Shown: positions 1-10,232 of the stretch, piece after piece
Layout of the letters: every line of letters begins with the position of its first letter
Position numbering within the stretch: position 1 is the stretch's first letter
Assembly (NCBI GenBank): GCA_963824495.1
Contig: CAWGPQ010000008.1
Coordinates: 56,642-120,641 of the forward strand
DNA: 64,000 nt
DNA from: an uncultured bacterium
GTDB taxonomy: Bacteria; Babelota; Babeliae; Babelales; Babelaceae
Direction: 5' to 3'
Translations under genes and position numbers: made by a program
The notes under the pieces: generated by a model
Databases searched by the model: none
Told to the model about the DNA's origin: nothing
The model's input: only the letters and a program-made list of their open reading frames with translations

Positions 1-1
1 A

Positions 2-1057
2 AAAGGGCTTGACGTCCAACTCATCTCTAAAGATCTTAATATGCGCGTTAAAGCTGATGTTATCGGCATTACTGCAGCTGATTATTTAAAAGATAGCGTT
101 GACCGTTACGAGTTCTATAAAGGTTGGCTTAAAGTCCAAGTACCGTCAGTACAACTCAAACGAGACGTGCCCGATGTCTTGACCAGCATGAGTAAAGAAT
201 ACCAATTTACTGTTAATGAGTTTGTTATTGTCGAAAGTCAGCATAATCCCTATAATTACCGCCTCTTTCGCTATGAAGGGAATAATCAATTTTTACCGGT
301 TAACAAGCCTGACTTAAAGTGGCCAATCGAGCCACGTAACGTCCAGCAGCTCATGACGCTTGATCTGTTACTCGACAGTTCTATCCAATTAGTAACGCTC
401 ATGGGACCAGCAGGTACCGGCAAAACATTTATGACCTTGATCGCTGCTTTACACGAAACCCTTGTCCGCGAGGATTACGAAAAAATCCTTATTACACGTC
501 CGGTTATACCCTTAGGTCCTGATATTGGCTATTTACCTGGCGATATTCAAGAGAAACTGCATAGCTGGATGCAGCCTATTTATGATAATATGGAGCTGAT
601 TATTCATGCTGCTAATATTTCACCAAAATCACTTGGTGTATATCGTGAAGAGCCTGAAGAAAAACCAGAGCGTAAGGGCAAATACCGTAATGGCCGCAAA
701 CTTCAACGAGAGAAAAATCTCCCCACGCTTGATGAGTTAATACGCCGTGGTAAAATTAGCCTTGAAGCTATTACCTATATGCGTGGCCGCTCAATACCTT
801 ATCAGTATATCTTTATAGATGAAGTGCAAAATCTTACTCCCCATGAAGTAAAAACTCTTATTAGCCGTGTTGGCGAGGGCAGTAAGATTATCCTTGCAGG
901 TGACCCCTATCAGATAGATTCACCCTATTTAGATTTCAGCAGTAACGGGCTGGTTGTTGCAAGCCAACGCTTTAAGGGACAAAAGCTTTTTGGCACAGTA
1001 TTCTTAGAAACAAGCGAACGTAGCGAATTGAGCAAACTTGCAGGAAAACTACTCTAG
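2..1057 (+). CDS. PhoH-family ATPase, PIN-PhoH (YlaK-like) type; 5' end runs off the window
   Basis: Frame is open from nt 2. Walker A GPAGTGKT and IFIDEVQNLTPHEVKTLISRVGEGSKIILAGDPYQID are typical of PhoH/YlaK NTPases. Confidence 0.8.
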   Translation, partial: KGLDVQLISKDLNMRVKADVIGITAADYLKDSVDRYEFYKGWLKVQVPSVQLKRDVPDVLTSMSKEYQFTVNEFVIVESQHNPYNYRLFRYEGNNQFLPVNKPDLKWPIEPRNVQQLMTLDLLLDSSIQLVTLMGPAGTGKTFMTLIAALHETLVREDYEKILITRPVIPLGPDIGYLPGDIQEKLHSWMQPIYDNMELIIHAANISPKSLGVYREEPEEKPERKGKYRNGRKLQREKNLPTLDELIRRGKISLEAITYMRGRSIPYQYIFIDEVQNLTPHEVKTLISRVGEGSKIILAGDPYQIDSPYLDFSSNGLVVASQRFKGQKLFGTVFLETSERSELSKLAGKLL

Positions 1058-1086
1058 AAATGCATAAGCAAAATCTACCAACAATA

Positions 1087-2499
1087 CTAACCTGCAGTAC
1101 CCCCAGGTGCCCCAACGTATTGGGCAACTAAAACAGCAATCTGAGAAGGAAGCAGTACAGCTGTTGGAGCCCATTCAAATTGTCCTTGGCCACCTGCTCT
1201 TGATATTCTAGCAAATACAGCTTGACCTAAATATTGCGAAAGGAGATGCGCGACTTCAGGATGATTATTTTGAGTTGCAAGGGTGCATGCTAATGCACGT
1301 TGACGATTGAAAAGATTAGTCCGTGCGTTATAATTGAGTAGAGTCTGAACAGCATCTAGATGTCCAGCACGTGCTGCAAAATGTAATGGTGTGTCACCGT
1401 TGTTATTTATCGTATTAATATTAGCACGGCGAGCAAGTAACGCTGTTAAAATACTATTATTGCCATTGCGCGCTGCGTAGTGTAACGGTGTATTGCCATC
1501 TTGATCACGAACATTAACCTCGCGTTCAAGCAGCTCATTAACTGTTTGTCCATCATTACGAGCGGCTGCCCACTGTAATGCTGTCATGCCAAAACCATCT
1601 TGGAGGTTTAAAATATGACTTGGCTGAGGACCTTCATATTTAGCCTTCTTAGTTGGCCGTTCTTCAAGAATGCTTGTAATAGCATCTCGGTTGCCCGTTA
1701 TAATTGCTATAGCCAACGGTGAAAGATTTTTTTGTAATAACTTCAGAATACAATCACTCTTTTGCCCTGGCACACGAGCATTATTGAGTAAAAGCAGCTT
1801 AATTATATCCAAACTTTCATTTCTAGCTGCCCATGAAAGTGCAGTATTGCCATTTTTATCGGCATGGTTAACATCAGCGCCAGCTCCTATAAGCAATCTA
1901 ACTATATCTATACGGTCCTCCCGAACTGAGTAAAACTCACTACACCCAATTGCGTGCATAAGGGCAGTAGTACCCTTATGATCAGCACTATTAACATTTG
2001 AACCACATCGTACAAGTAGCTCAATCATATCCATTTCCCCGTGAAGTAGCAACGCTTCAGCTGCCAGTGTAAGAGCAGTATCGCCCTTATTATCAGCACG
2101 ATTAACTTCAGCACCAGCCTCTATAAGCATTCTAGCTACCTCTATGTGCCCAAAGGAAGCTGCCCCCATAAGAACAGTGAAGCCACGATTATCGATATGA
2201 TTAACATCAGCACCACGCGCTATAAGCACTCTAACTATTTCTTCATGTCCCCCATCAGATGCATATATAAGAGCAGTCTCGCCACTATCATCCGGGTAAT
2301 TAACATCGGCACCTTGAGCAAGTGCTTCTGCTACAGCTTGCGTATCTCCTGCGTATGCTGCCTCAAGCAACTGCTCATTAGGTTGGAGTTGACCTTGTTC
2401 TTCATCTTGCTCTTGATCGGGAAAATGCATGCTCATAAGCTGATTTGGGCATAACAGAACAATACTAAAACTTGCCAATGCCAGGATATACTTTTTCAT
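1087..2499 (-). CDS. Secreted ankyrin-repeat protein with family-A C-terminal tail module
   Basis: Signal-like leader MKKYILALASFSIVLLCPNQLMS. Many G.T(A/P)L..AA..GH..(I/V)V..L(I/L)..GA(D/N)VN repeats. Tail AVFARISRAGGQGQFEW...LPSQIAVLVAQYVGAPG is shared with other ANK genes here. Confidence 0.85.
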   Translation of the reverse strand: MKKYILALASFSIVLLCPNQLMSMHFPDQEQDEEQGQLQPNEQLLEAAYAGDTQAVAEALAQGADVNYPDDSGETALIYASDGGHEEIVRVLIARGADVNHIDNRGFTVLMGAASFGHIEVARMLIEAGAEVNRADNKGDTALTLAAEALLLHGEMDMIELLVRCGSNVNSADHKGTTALMHAIGCSEFYSVREDRIDIVRLLIGAGADVNHADKNGNTALSWAARNESLDIIKLLLLNNARVPGQKSDCILKLLQKNLSPLAIAIITGNRDAITSILEERPTKKAKYEGPQPSHILNLQDGFGMTALQWAAARNDGQTVNELLEREVNVRDQDGNTPLHYAARNGNNSILTALLARRANINTINNNGDTPLHFAARAGHLDAVQTLLNYNARTNLFNRQRALACTLATQNNHPEVAHLLSQYLGQAVFARISRAGGQGQFEWAPTAVLLPSQIAVLVAQYVGAPGGTAG

Positions 2500-2710
2500 G
2501 CCATGTCTTTCTTAAGCTCTATCTTTATCTTAAATAACAATTTGCTATCATGGATTTTAGCCTAGGCTGTGTTTCTTGTCAAATGAGCTAAAATCAAAGG
2601 ATATAAACAAAAGTGTTGGCAACGTTGACGAGGTTTAGATAGCGAAAATAGAATTAACAATAGCAAATACATTAAACTCAAATAGCAACACTTTTAATGA
2701 GGTACGGGAT

Positions 2711-2977
2711 ATGGTACCTATCTTTCTATGGCCCCATACCCCAATTCCTCATGCAGAAACAAAAGCACAGCTTCTCACACGTGTAGAAAAATTTTTAAAG
2801 GATACTGCCCAGCAACAAAAAGGCAAAATAGTTATTATCGTAACTCATGGTGGTGTGATTAAAACTTTGATTACTCATTATACAGAAACAGCCGAATCCC
2901 CCCAAATTGCTGCGTTGCTGAATTTCACTGTTGCCATAGCAGTGATTCTCTTTCGTTTAAGGGAATCAAGCGAATAA
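2711..2977 (+). pseudogene. Probable remnant of a histidine-phosphatase (phosphoglycerate-mutase-like) gene
   Basis: The 88-aa ORF carries only the C-terminal-type motif GKIVIIVTHGGVIKTLITHY. I found no RHG catalytic motif in any frame of 2500-2710. Confidence 0.3.
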
Positions 2978-3004
2978 CAAGTTAGAAAAAAGAGATTTTT
3001 ATGC

Positions 3005-6000
3005 CTAGAGCTCTAGGCGCATTGTCAGCGCATAGCGCTCAACTGCTTGCACAAGCTCAGGTGTAAACGCTATCTTAGTGCGTGACGATAGTTTCAGCTT
3101 TTTGTTATGCTCAGAAAAGAGCAAGAAGAACGAACTTGGACCACCTTTAAGAGCATTTTTAATATCATGTAATGCCTGGTCTGTAATAGTTTCAGGCAGC
3201 TGAAGCGATATCGATGCTATTCCTCTGCCCTCCCGTATTACATGATCAATGGGTATAAGCTCTTGTGCTTTAATTTTACAAAGAGCAGCCGACTCTGGAT
3301 CTACGAAGCCTTTAATAAGAAAAATCGTGTGCTCATCGAGCAATGTGCCGAGTGAGCTCAATACTTTAGGAAAAATTATAACTTCTGCCTTGCTTGTGCT
3401 ATCTTCAATGGCCATAAAAGCCATTTTATCACCTTTTTTTGTCGTAATTATTTTAGACTGCTTGACAATACCACAACAAATAACTAATCCAGTAACCGAT
3501 GCTGCTTCACGTAAAGATGTTATGTTGAGCCAAGCAAAATACCGGGTATACGTATCAAGTGGTTGTTCGCTAATATACAAGCCAATTACCTCCTTCTCTT
3601 TTTCAAGCCTAAGATTAGGCGGCCATTCTGCTCGTTCTGCAAAATAATATCGTTCTTCAGGTTGTTTTCCATCAGATTCTTGTGATAGTTCAAACAGTCC
3701 CATTTGGCCAGTAAGAGCTGCTCGTTTTTTTTCAAGAGCTCTATCCATAATCTTAGAAAGCTCGTCATGCTTTTGTGCCCGGTTACCTGGAAGCTGATCA
3801 AGTGCTCCAGCGTAAATCAAACTCTCAATAACACGCTTATTACAGGTACGTAAATCTACACGACTACAAAAGCCAAGCAGATCAGTAAAAACCCCATTTT
3901 TTTCACGTTCTTGTAATATATCATCAAGTGCGGCAGTACCCACGTTTTTGATACCGTGTAGACCAAAGCGGAGATTACCATTAACAACGCTAAATATTAC
4001 ATCGGAAAGGTTAATATCGGGTGGAAGCACCGTAAGCCGCATATCTTTGGCTTCTTTAATATAGAAGGCCATCTTCTCAGCATCCGCTGCTTCAAGCGAA
4101 ATTAAACACGCCATAAATTCAGCAGGATAGTTTGCTTTAAGATACGCTGTCTGATAGGCAATTAAGGCATAAGCAGCAGAATGTGACTTATTAAAGCCAT
4201 AGCCGGCAAAATATGCCATAAGATCAAACAGCTCTCCTGCTTTTTTTTCATTAAAATTACGCGTACATGCTCGCTCGACAAAAAGTGCTTTTTGTTCTGC
4301 CATTACATCAGCTTTTTTCTTGCCCATTGCGCGACGCAAAATATCGGATTCTCCTAGGCTATAGCCTGCTATAAGCGATGCGATTTTCATAACCTGCTCT
4401 TGGTATACGATAACACCATAGGTCTCTTGCAAGACACTTTCAAGCTCTGGTAAAAGATACGAAATTTTTTGCCGACCATGTCGCCGTTCAATAAAATCAT
4501 CGACCATCCCTGATCCAAGTGGTCCTGGTCGATACAGTGCGTTAACAGCAATAATATCTTCAAATGTCGATGGTTGTAATCTGCGTAAAACTTCTTTTAA
4601 CCCATCAGATTCTAATTGAAAGACACCCGATGTATCGCCTCTACCCAAGAGTGCAAATGTTATAGCGTCATCGAGAGGCAACATTGTTATATCAATCACT
4701 ACTCCATGATTCTTTGCCATGAGATCAACACTACGCTGAATCAGTGTTAAATTCTTCAGCCCCAAGAAATCCATCTTAAGAAAGCCTAGGCTTTCAAGCT
4801 CTGTCATGGCGTATTGAGTAACCAAATCAGTAGATTTAGGGGGAACATATACAGGAAGCATATCGCTAATAGGCTCGGGAGAAATTACAATACCAGCTGC
4901 ATGTTTAGATGCATGACGGGTAATTCCTTCAAGCCTGAGTGCCAAATCAAATAATTTACCCACTTGAGGGTTATTGGTAATAAGCTCTTTTAATTTTGGT
5001 TCTTGCTCAAGAGCTTCTTTAAGAGTAATTTTAAGCTGATCAGGAATCAAATCAGTTAGGGCATTTGAGTCTTCAAAAGGAAATCCCAAAACCCGCGCAA
5101 CATCTTTAATGACGCCTTTAGCCATCATCGTACCAAAGGTAATAATTTGGCAGACTTTATCGTGACCATAGCGTTGACGTACATACTGTATTACTTTATC
5201 GCGACCTTCAATGCAAAAATCAATATCAATATCAGGCATGCTGATACGTTCAGGATTTAAGAACCGCTCAAAAAGCAAATTGTACTTAAGTGGATCAATA
5301 TCCGTTATCTGTAACGCCCATGCAACTAATGACCCTGCTGCTGAGCCTCTACCCGGACCTACAGGTATCCGGTTATTCCGTGCCCATTGAATAAAGTCAC
5401 CAACTACTAAAAAGTATCCAATAAACCCCATCTTGATAATAAGTTCTATTTCAAGCTTTAACCGATCTCTATAACTGTGCTCAAGCTTGCTATCAATACG
5501 ACCAGCTTGTAGAAGCTTATCTAAACCCTGCTGACAAAGCTCAGCAAAATAGCTCTCGTGAGTACAGCCCTGAGGTATATCAAATTGGGGAAAAAAAAGC
5601 TTGCCAGTCTCAAACTGAAAGTTACATCTATCGGCAATTTCACCACTTGTCCATACAGCATCAGGGTGATCTTTAAATATTTCGAGCATTTCTTCTGCTG
5701 TTCTGATATGCACACGGCAGTTACCAAATGTAAAACGATCTGGATCGGTGAGCTTGTGATGCGTCTGAATTGACAGCATAACCTCATGAGCTTCGCGATC
5801 TTCAGGGTTAACATAGTGAGAGTCACCGGTAGCAACACACTTAATATTCTTGTGCTCGCTTAGAGCAAAAAGTTTTTCGTTTAATATTTTTTGATCAGCT
5901 TGATCGGGCGGCTGTACTTCAAGATAAAATCTTTCGCGACCAAATACCCGTAAATACCACTCGAGCCATCGCTCAGCCTCTTGTGTATTATTGTGCATGA

Positions 6001-6433
6001 GCAGCTGAGGTATATGCCCACCTAAACAAGCGCTTGTTACGATAAGCCCTTCGGCGTGAGCTTCAAGCATACGGTAATCGATACGAGGCTTAAAATAAAA
6101 GCCGTCAGTATAAGCAAATGCAATAAGCTTGCATAAGTTTTTATAGCCTTGTGCGTTTTCTACCAAGATAATCAGGTGATAATATTTATTCTCAGCATCT
6201 TTAACACGCGCATCTTCAGTAAGATATGCTTCCATACCCAGCACAGGCTTAATACCCGCTTTTTTTGCTTGCTGAAAAAACTTAACAGCACCGAATATAT
6301 TACCATGATCAGTGATAGCAAGTGCTTTCATCTGATGCTGCTTGCCAAAAGCAATTAAGCGATCAAGCGTAATCGCTCCGTCGAGTAACGAAAAGTCAGT
6401 ATGTAAATGTAAGTTAGTAAAATGCTGTGACAT
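3005..6433 (-). CDS. dnaE: DNA polymerase III alpha subunit
   Basis: About 1140 aa. N-terminal PHP motif LHLHTDFSLLDGA and a full-length DnaE-like sequence (GPGRGSAAGSLVAWAL, NKSHSAAYA). ATG at 6433 is preferred over the TTG at 6454 given by the ORF track. Confidence 0.95.
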   Translation of the reverse strand: MSQHFTNLHLHTDFSLLDGAITLDRLIAFGKQHQMKALAITDHGNIFGAVKFFQQAKKAGIKPVLGMEAYLTEDARVKDAENKYYHLIILVENAQGYKNLCKLIAFAYTDGFYFKPRIDYRMLEAHAEGLIVTSACLGGHIPQLLMHNNTQEAERWLEWYLRVFGRERFYLEVQPPDQADQKILNEKLFALSEHKNIKCVATGDSHYVNPEDREAHEVMLSIQTHHKLTDPDRFTFGNCRVHIRTAEEMLEIFKDHPDAVWTSGEIADRCNFQFETGKLFFPQFDIPQGCTHESYFAELCQQGLDKLLQAGRIDSKLEHSYRDRLKLEIELIIKMGFIGYFLVVGDFIQWARNNRIPVGPGRGSAAGSLVAWALQITDIDPLKYNLLFERFLNPERISMPDIDIDFCIEGRDKVIQYVRQRYGHDKVCQIITFGTMMAKGVIKDVARVLGFPFEDSNALTDLIPDQLKITLKEALEQEPKLKELITNNPQVGKLFDLALRLEGITRHASKHAAGIVISPEPISDMLPVYVPPKSTDLVTQYAMTELESLGFLKMDFLGLKNLTLIQRSVDLMAKNHGVVIDITMLPLDDAITFALLGRGDTSGVFQLESDGLKEVLRRLQPSTFEDIIAVNALYRPGPLGSGMVDDFIERRHGRQKISYLLPELESVLQETYGVIVYQEQVMKIASLIAGYSLGESDILRRAMGKKKADVMAEQKALFVERACTRNFNEKKAGELFDLMAYFAGYGFNKSHSAAYALIAYQTAYLKANYPAEFMACLISLEAADAEKMAFYIKEAKDMRLTVLPPDINLSDVIFSVVNGNLRFGLHGIKNVGTAALDDILQEREKNGVFTDLLGFCSRVDLRTCNKRVIESLIYAGALDQLPGNRAQKHDELSKIMDRALEKKRAALTGQMGLFELSQESDGKQPEERYYFAERAEWPPNLRLEKEKEVIGLYISEQPLDTYTRYFAWLNITSLREAASVTGLVICCGIVKQSKIITTKKGDKMAFMAIEDSTSKAEVIIFPKVLSSLGTLLDEHTIFLIKGFVDPESAALCKIKAQELIPIDHVIREGRGIASISLQLPETITDQALHDIKNALKGGPSSFFLLFSEHNKKLKLSSRTKIAFTPELVQAVERYALTMRLEL

Positions 6434-6652
6434 GAAAATCCGGTAATTGCTCAAATAGAGTGAAAGTTCTTACGGTAATGTTACGTTTAGTATAGCACAA
6501 AAATGTACTCGAGATTGCTTATACACGCACGTCCGCCAGGACATCAAATAAATTTTATTTTTCTTTTTATCGACAAATAAAATTATACTTGTTAAGCTTA
6601 CATTATTAGTGTTGCCATTGAATAATATAATTTATAATAAGGCGTATGTTTT

Positions 6653-7324
6653 ATGCATTCAAATCGAACAACTACTCTACGCACTATATACACCACTCAA
6701 CAAGCTCTGACTATGACAACAGGAATAGTACTCTTTACATTGAGTTCGTACGGGCAAAGTTCAGTTTCTGAGGCTCAATATGAGCAATGGAAAAAAGATA
6801 AGCAAGAGAGATGGCATACCCATGCTATCACGAATGCTTTAAAACAGCAGGAAGATTTGCTGCTTGATGTATCTTATGGCCTTGAGCGCTCTAAAAGTAT
6901 TCTAGGCTTTACTGAAGCAATTTGTGCCTATAATTACCTACGAGAACTACACACCAAAGACCCTCTGCTTCCTCAAGTGGCTACAACCGTACGTTCTATC
7001 GATACAGATTGGTTGAGCAGAGTTGATTATCTTATATGGCAAGACCTCAAGCAAGAATATTGGAAATATAAAGATATTACTACTTTCTCGAAGAAACAGC
7101 TTAATTTAATATTTGACATACTAACTGCCCAACGCTTTTTGCAAGAAGATCCAAAAAATAGCACGCAACAAAGAAATATTCTTTACGCTTATAATTTCTT
7201 ACGTGAACTCTTTGGTCTATCTACCAGCACTTGCTTTTCTGCTCTTGATGCAACCTGGCTTCAAGCCGTATACAAAAAACTTGCTTATCGTGCTCTTATT
7301 AGAAGAATACTACAACCCGTTTAA
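6653..7324 (+). CDS. Hypothetical secreted/membrane protein, YN.LREL repeat family
   Basis: Hydrophobic N-terminal segment. Two internal copies of AYN(Y/F)LREL...D(T/A)(D/T)WL. Paralogous to 11913-12548. Confidence 0.6.
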   Translation: MHSNRTTTLRTIYTTQQALTMTTGIVLFTLSSYGQSSVSEAQYEQWKKDKQERWHTHAITNALKQQEDLLLDVSYGLERSKSILGFTEAICAYNYLRELHTKDPLLPQVATTVRSIDTDWLSRVDYLIWQDLKQEYWKYKDITTFSKKQLNLIFDILTAQRFLQEDPKNSTQQRNILYAYNFLRELFGLSTSTCFSALDATWLQAVYKKLAYRALIRRILQPV

Positions 7325-7574
7325 GGTAACACAGCCTATAACACCTGCCGTTAAGCCAACATCTTAAGAACAAAAGTAACTAGTAAAAGTTTTTAACACC
7401 GTGTGACCCTGAGTATACCATAATTCAGAATGCTCGAGACAGCTTATACCCTGGTATTGCCTAATTATTAAAATTTTCTTAATTTTAAACATTTATTGAC
7501 AATTGTAAGTAAAAATCAATAATCTATTAAATATAATAGTTTATTAATAATATTAATATTAGAAATCATAGACT

Positions 7575-10232
7575 ATGATCATAATATTCCACCGTGCTTA
7601 TAAGCTCATTGTGCTTATGACATGCGCAATCATACTTATGAGTGAGATATCAAGTTTTGCTGTTATGGTACCTGTTGGCAAGGGAGCCTATACAACTGAG
7701 CTTCCTCAAGGCCGACAAGGACCATCTAATAGTGCTAATCAGCCGGTAAAACCAAAGGTTTCTTCTCAGTTTAACAAACTGCCTATTACGCATAAGTGGT
7801 GGTCATCACTTATCTGGCAATTTGATCCACAAAACCCTTGGAGTGAAAATCTCTTTGCTTATCCCCTTGGTTTTAAGGCATCTGCTCAAGGCGTAGGACT
7901 TGGTTATACTACCGTTCCAGCCATAACTCCTGATATACGTGTTACCGATGGGCATGTCGTCCAAGAATACCACTATGAGTATGCACAAGATCTCACGGTT
8001 TCTGTTGTGGGATTACAGGCGCAAAAAACGGTTGTTGATGATTATTCAGATTGGGCCTTCACTGCACTTTGGCAAGGACAAACAACAAGCTTGCGCATGA
8101 CCACTGGCCAAGGGTTGCCTTTTGCTTATTTTACTGTACAAGGCACGCCGATTACTATTACCCCGAGCACTACCCCTATTGTATGGTATAACAAAAACGG
8201 TACGCTTGGTGTTACCGTTAATGGTCATACTTACGGAATTTTTGGGCCATCGGGCTCACAATGGTCGGGTACAACGGCATTAGAGTCAACACTCAATGGT
8301 AAAGATTATTTTTCTATTGCTGCTTTGCCTGATGCTACCGTTGAAACACTCGAGTTCTATCGTACACATGCTTATGCTTTCGTTACCAATACGAGCATAA
8401 GCTGGAATTATGACGAGCAGACGGGGCAGCTTCAAACTACCTATAGCGTAGAGACAACACCTCAGGAGTCAGGGTCAGGCTTAGTTAACCGTCCCTTACT
8501 TGGCCTCTTTAAGCATCAATGGCTTCATACGACTGTGCCATTTACTTCTTATAGATATATTAGCCCTCGCGGTGTGATGCATGTTATCGATGCAACAGAG
8601 TTTACAACAACTATGAAGTTTGCTGGTATCCTCCCTGCATTGCCAGGCGTTATACATGAAGGCGAAAATGGTTATAGTGAAGAAACACTTTTTGAGTATA
8701 TCGATCAAATCTATCAACAGTCACCTGAACAACGTTGGCCACATACTGATACCTATTGGACAGGTAAAGACCTAGGGCATATAGCTATGCTTGTCCCAAT
8801 AGCAGACCAACTTAAGTATACGCAAGCACGGGATCTGTTTCTTCGGGAAATTAAAGAAAAACTTGAGAGCTGGTTTAAGGGAGATCCTGAGCACCTGTTC
8901 TACTATGACACTACCTGGAAGACTCTTATAGGATATCCAGCAAGCTATGGAAGCGATACACAGCTTAATGACCATCATTTTCATTATGGCTACTTCATTA
9001 TGGCAGCTGCTATAGTTGCCCTCTATGATCCAACATGGGCGGACGCATGGGGTGGCATGGTTAACTTACTGATCTCAGATGCTAACAATCCTGACAGAAC
9101 AAATAAGCAGTTTCCCTTTTTGCGTCAATTTAACGTATATGCTGGTCATAATTGGGCAAATGGTCCAAGCTTATTTGCGGCAGGAAATAATCAAGAATCA
9201 TCATCAGAAGCACTCAACTTTGCTAGTGCCGTTATACTGTGGGGTACTGCTACCGGCAACATGCTTATGCGTGATGCTGGTATTTATTTGTATACTACTG
9301 AACGAACTGCTGTTGAAAATTATTGGTTTGATATCGATACAGCTGTCTTTCCTGCTGGATTTACCAAGCCAACGTTAGGAATACTATGGGGCAATGGTGG
9401 TGCCTACTCAACGTGGTTTGGCGGTACTGTTGAGCAACTTCATGGTATAAATTTTCTTCCTATTACGGGTGGCTCTCTCTATCTCGGTTATTATCCAGAC
9501 TATTTACGTATTAACCAAAATTATATGAAAAATAATAGCGATGCTAATGACGTATGGAAAGATATTAATGCCAGCATCATGGCATATCATGACCCCAAAG
9601 CTGCTATAGAAACTATCACAAGCCCGTATACCCCTGAAGACGGTGAAACAAAAGCTCATACCTATCATTGGGTATATAATATAAGCAAACTAGGTAAACC
9701 TGAGACAGCCACCTATGCTCTAGGTTTAGCAACTGCTACAACGTTCTTGAACGGGACTACCCGAACGTACGTAGCCTTTAACCCAACGCCAAAGCCATTA
9801 ACTGTTGTATTCTCCGATGGAGTTATGTTGCGCAATATCCAGCCACACACAACTCAAACTGAAACTCGAGCGATTACGGGCGCAATTGCTCTGCCTCAGG
9901 TTCCACTTAACCCACAAGATACCAGCCGTGTTTTTGGCAAGCAGTTGGAAGCAGAAGCACAAGCGGCACAATTTAAACACTCAGTACAACAAGTGAGTCC
10001 AAGCACATTGAGAATTACTTTTACACCTGCTATTCCAAGCAAATTTGTTGATATTCACTACACTATTAATAAAGGCGGCCAACTTAACTATCGCATGAAC
10101 CAAAAGGCACATGACTGGACTATCACCGTGCCTAATATACAACCTAGCAATATAATTAATTATTCATTTACGTATGAAAAAAATGGCCCAGCATTTAATA
10201 GTCCACTATTTACGTTCACAGCAGCTGCTTAA
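7575..10232 (+). CDS. Glycoside hydrolase family 81 endo-beta-1,3-glucanase with C-terminal CBM-like domain
   Basis: 885 aa with a signal-like leader. GH81 hallmarks LNDHHFHYGYFIMAAA, YAGHNWANGP and NNQESSSEALNF (two Glu four residues apart). The C-terminal ~90 aa (FVDIHYTINKGGQLNYRMNQKAHDWTITV...NYSFTYEKNG) looks like a beta-sandwich carbohydrate-binding module, possibly CBM56-like. Confidence 0.8.
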   Translation: MIIIFHRAYKLIVLMTCAIILMSEISSFAVMVPVGKGAYTTELPQGRQGPSNSANQPVKPKVSSQFNKLPITHKWWSSLIWQFDPQNPWSENLFAYPLGFKASAQGVGLGYTTVPAITPDIRVTDGHVVQEYHYEYAQDLTVSVVGLQAQKTVVDDYSDWAFTALWQGQTTSLRMTTGQGLPFAYFTVQGTPITITPSTTPIVWYNKNGTLGVTVNGHTYGIFGPSGSQWSGTTALESTLNGKDYFSIAALPDATVETLEFYRTHAYAFVTNTSISWNYDEQTGQLQTTYSVETTPQESGSGLVNRPLLGLFKHQWLHTTVPFTSYRYISPRGVMHVIDATEFTTTMKFAGILPALPGVIHEGENGYSEETLFEYIDQIYQQSPEQRWPHTDTYWTGKDLGHIAMLVPIADQLKYTQARDLFLREIKEKLESWFKGDPEHLFYYDTTWKTLIGYPASYGSDTQLNDHHFHYGYFIMAAAIVALYDPTWADAWGGMVNLLISDANNPDRTNKQFPFLRQFNVYAGHNWANGPSLFAAGNNQESSSEALNFASAVILWGTATGNMLMRDAGIYLYTTERTAVENYWFDIDTAVFPAGFTKPTLGILWGNGGAYSTWFGGTVEQLHGINFLPITGGSLYLGYYPDYLRINQNYMKNNSDANDVWKDINASIMAYHDPKAAIETITSPYTPEDGETKAHTYHWVYNISKLGKPETATYALGLATATTFLNGTTRTYVAFNPTPKPLTVVFSDGVMLRNIQPHTTQTETRAITGAIALPQVPLNPQDTSRVFGKQLEAEAQAAQFKHSVQQVSPSTLRITFTPAIPSKFVDIHYTINKGGQLNYRMNQKAHDWTITVPNIQPSNIINYSFTYEKNGPAFNSPLFTFTAAA

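Noticed and set aside
1670-2454. Antisense ORFs inside ANK genes and other long genes. Examples: 1670-1933, 2146-2454, 36097-36444, 45471-45882, 55761-56054; also those inside dnaE, GH81, uvrA, mutS and lepA.
   Set aside because: These are shadow ORFs on the opposite strand of strongly supported genes. They are low-complexity translations with no motifs.
7496-7524. Recurring ATTGACAAT-like boxes upstream of several accessory genes (7496, 12680 on the minus strand, 15501, 17860, 49569), considered as a special regulatory motif.
   Set aside because: The motif is simply the sigma70 -35 consensus in AT-rich DNA. Convincing -10 partners at correct spacing are mostly lacking. Only the 17860 site was kept, as a low-confidence promoter.
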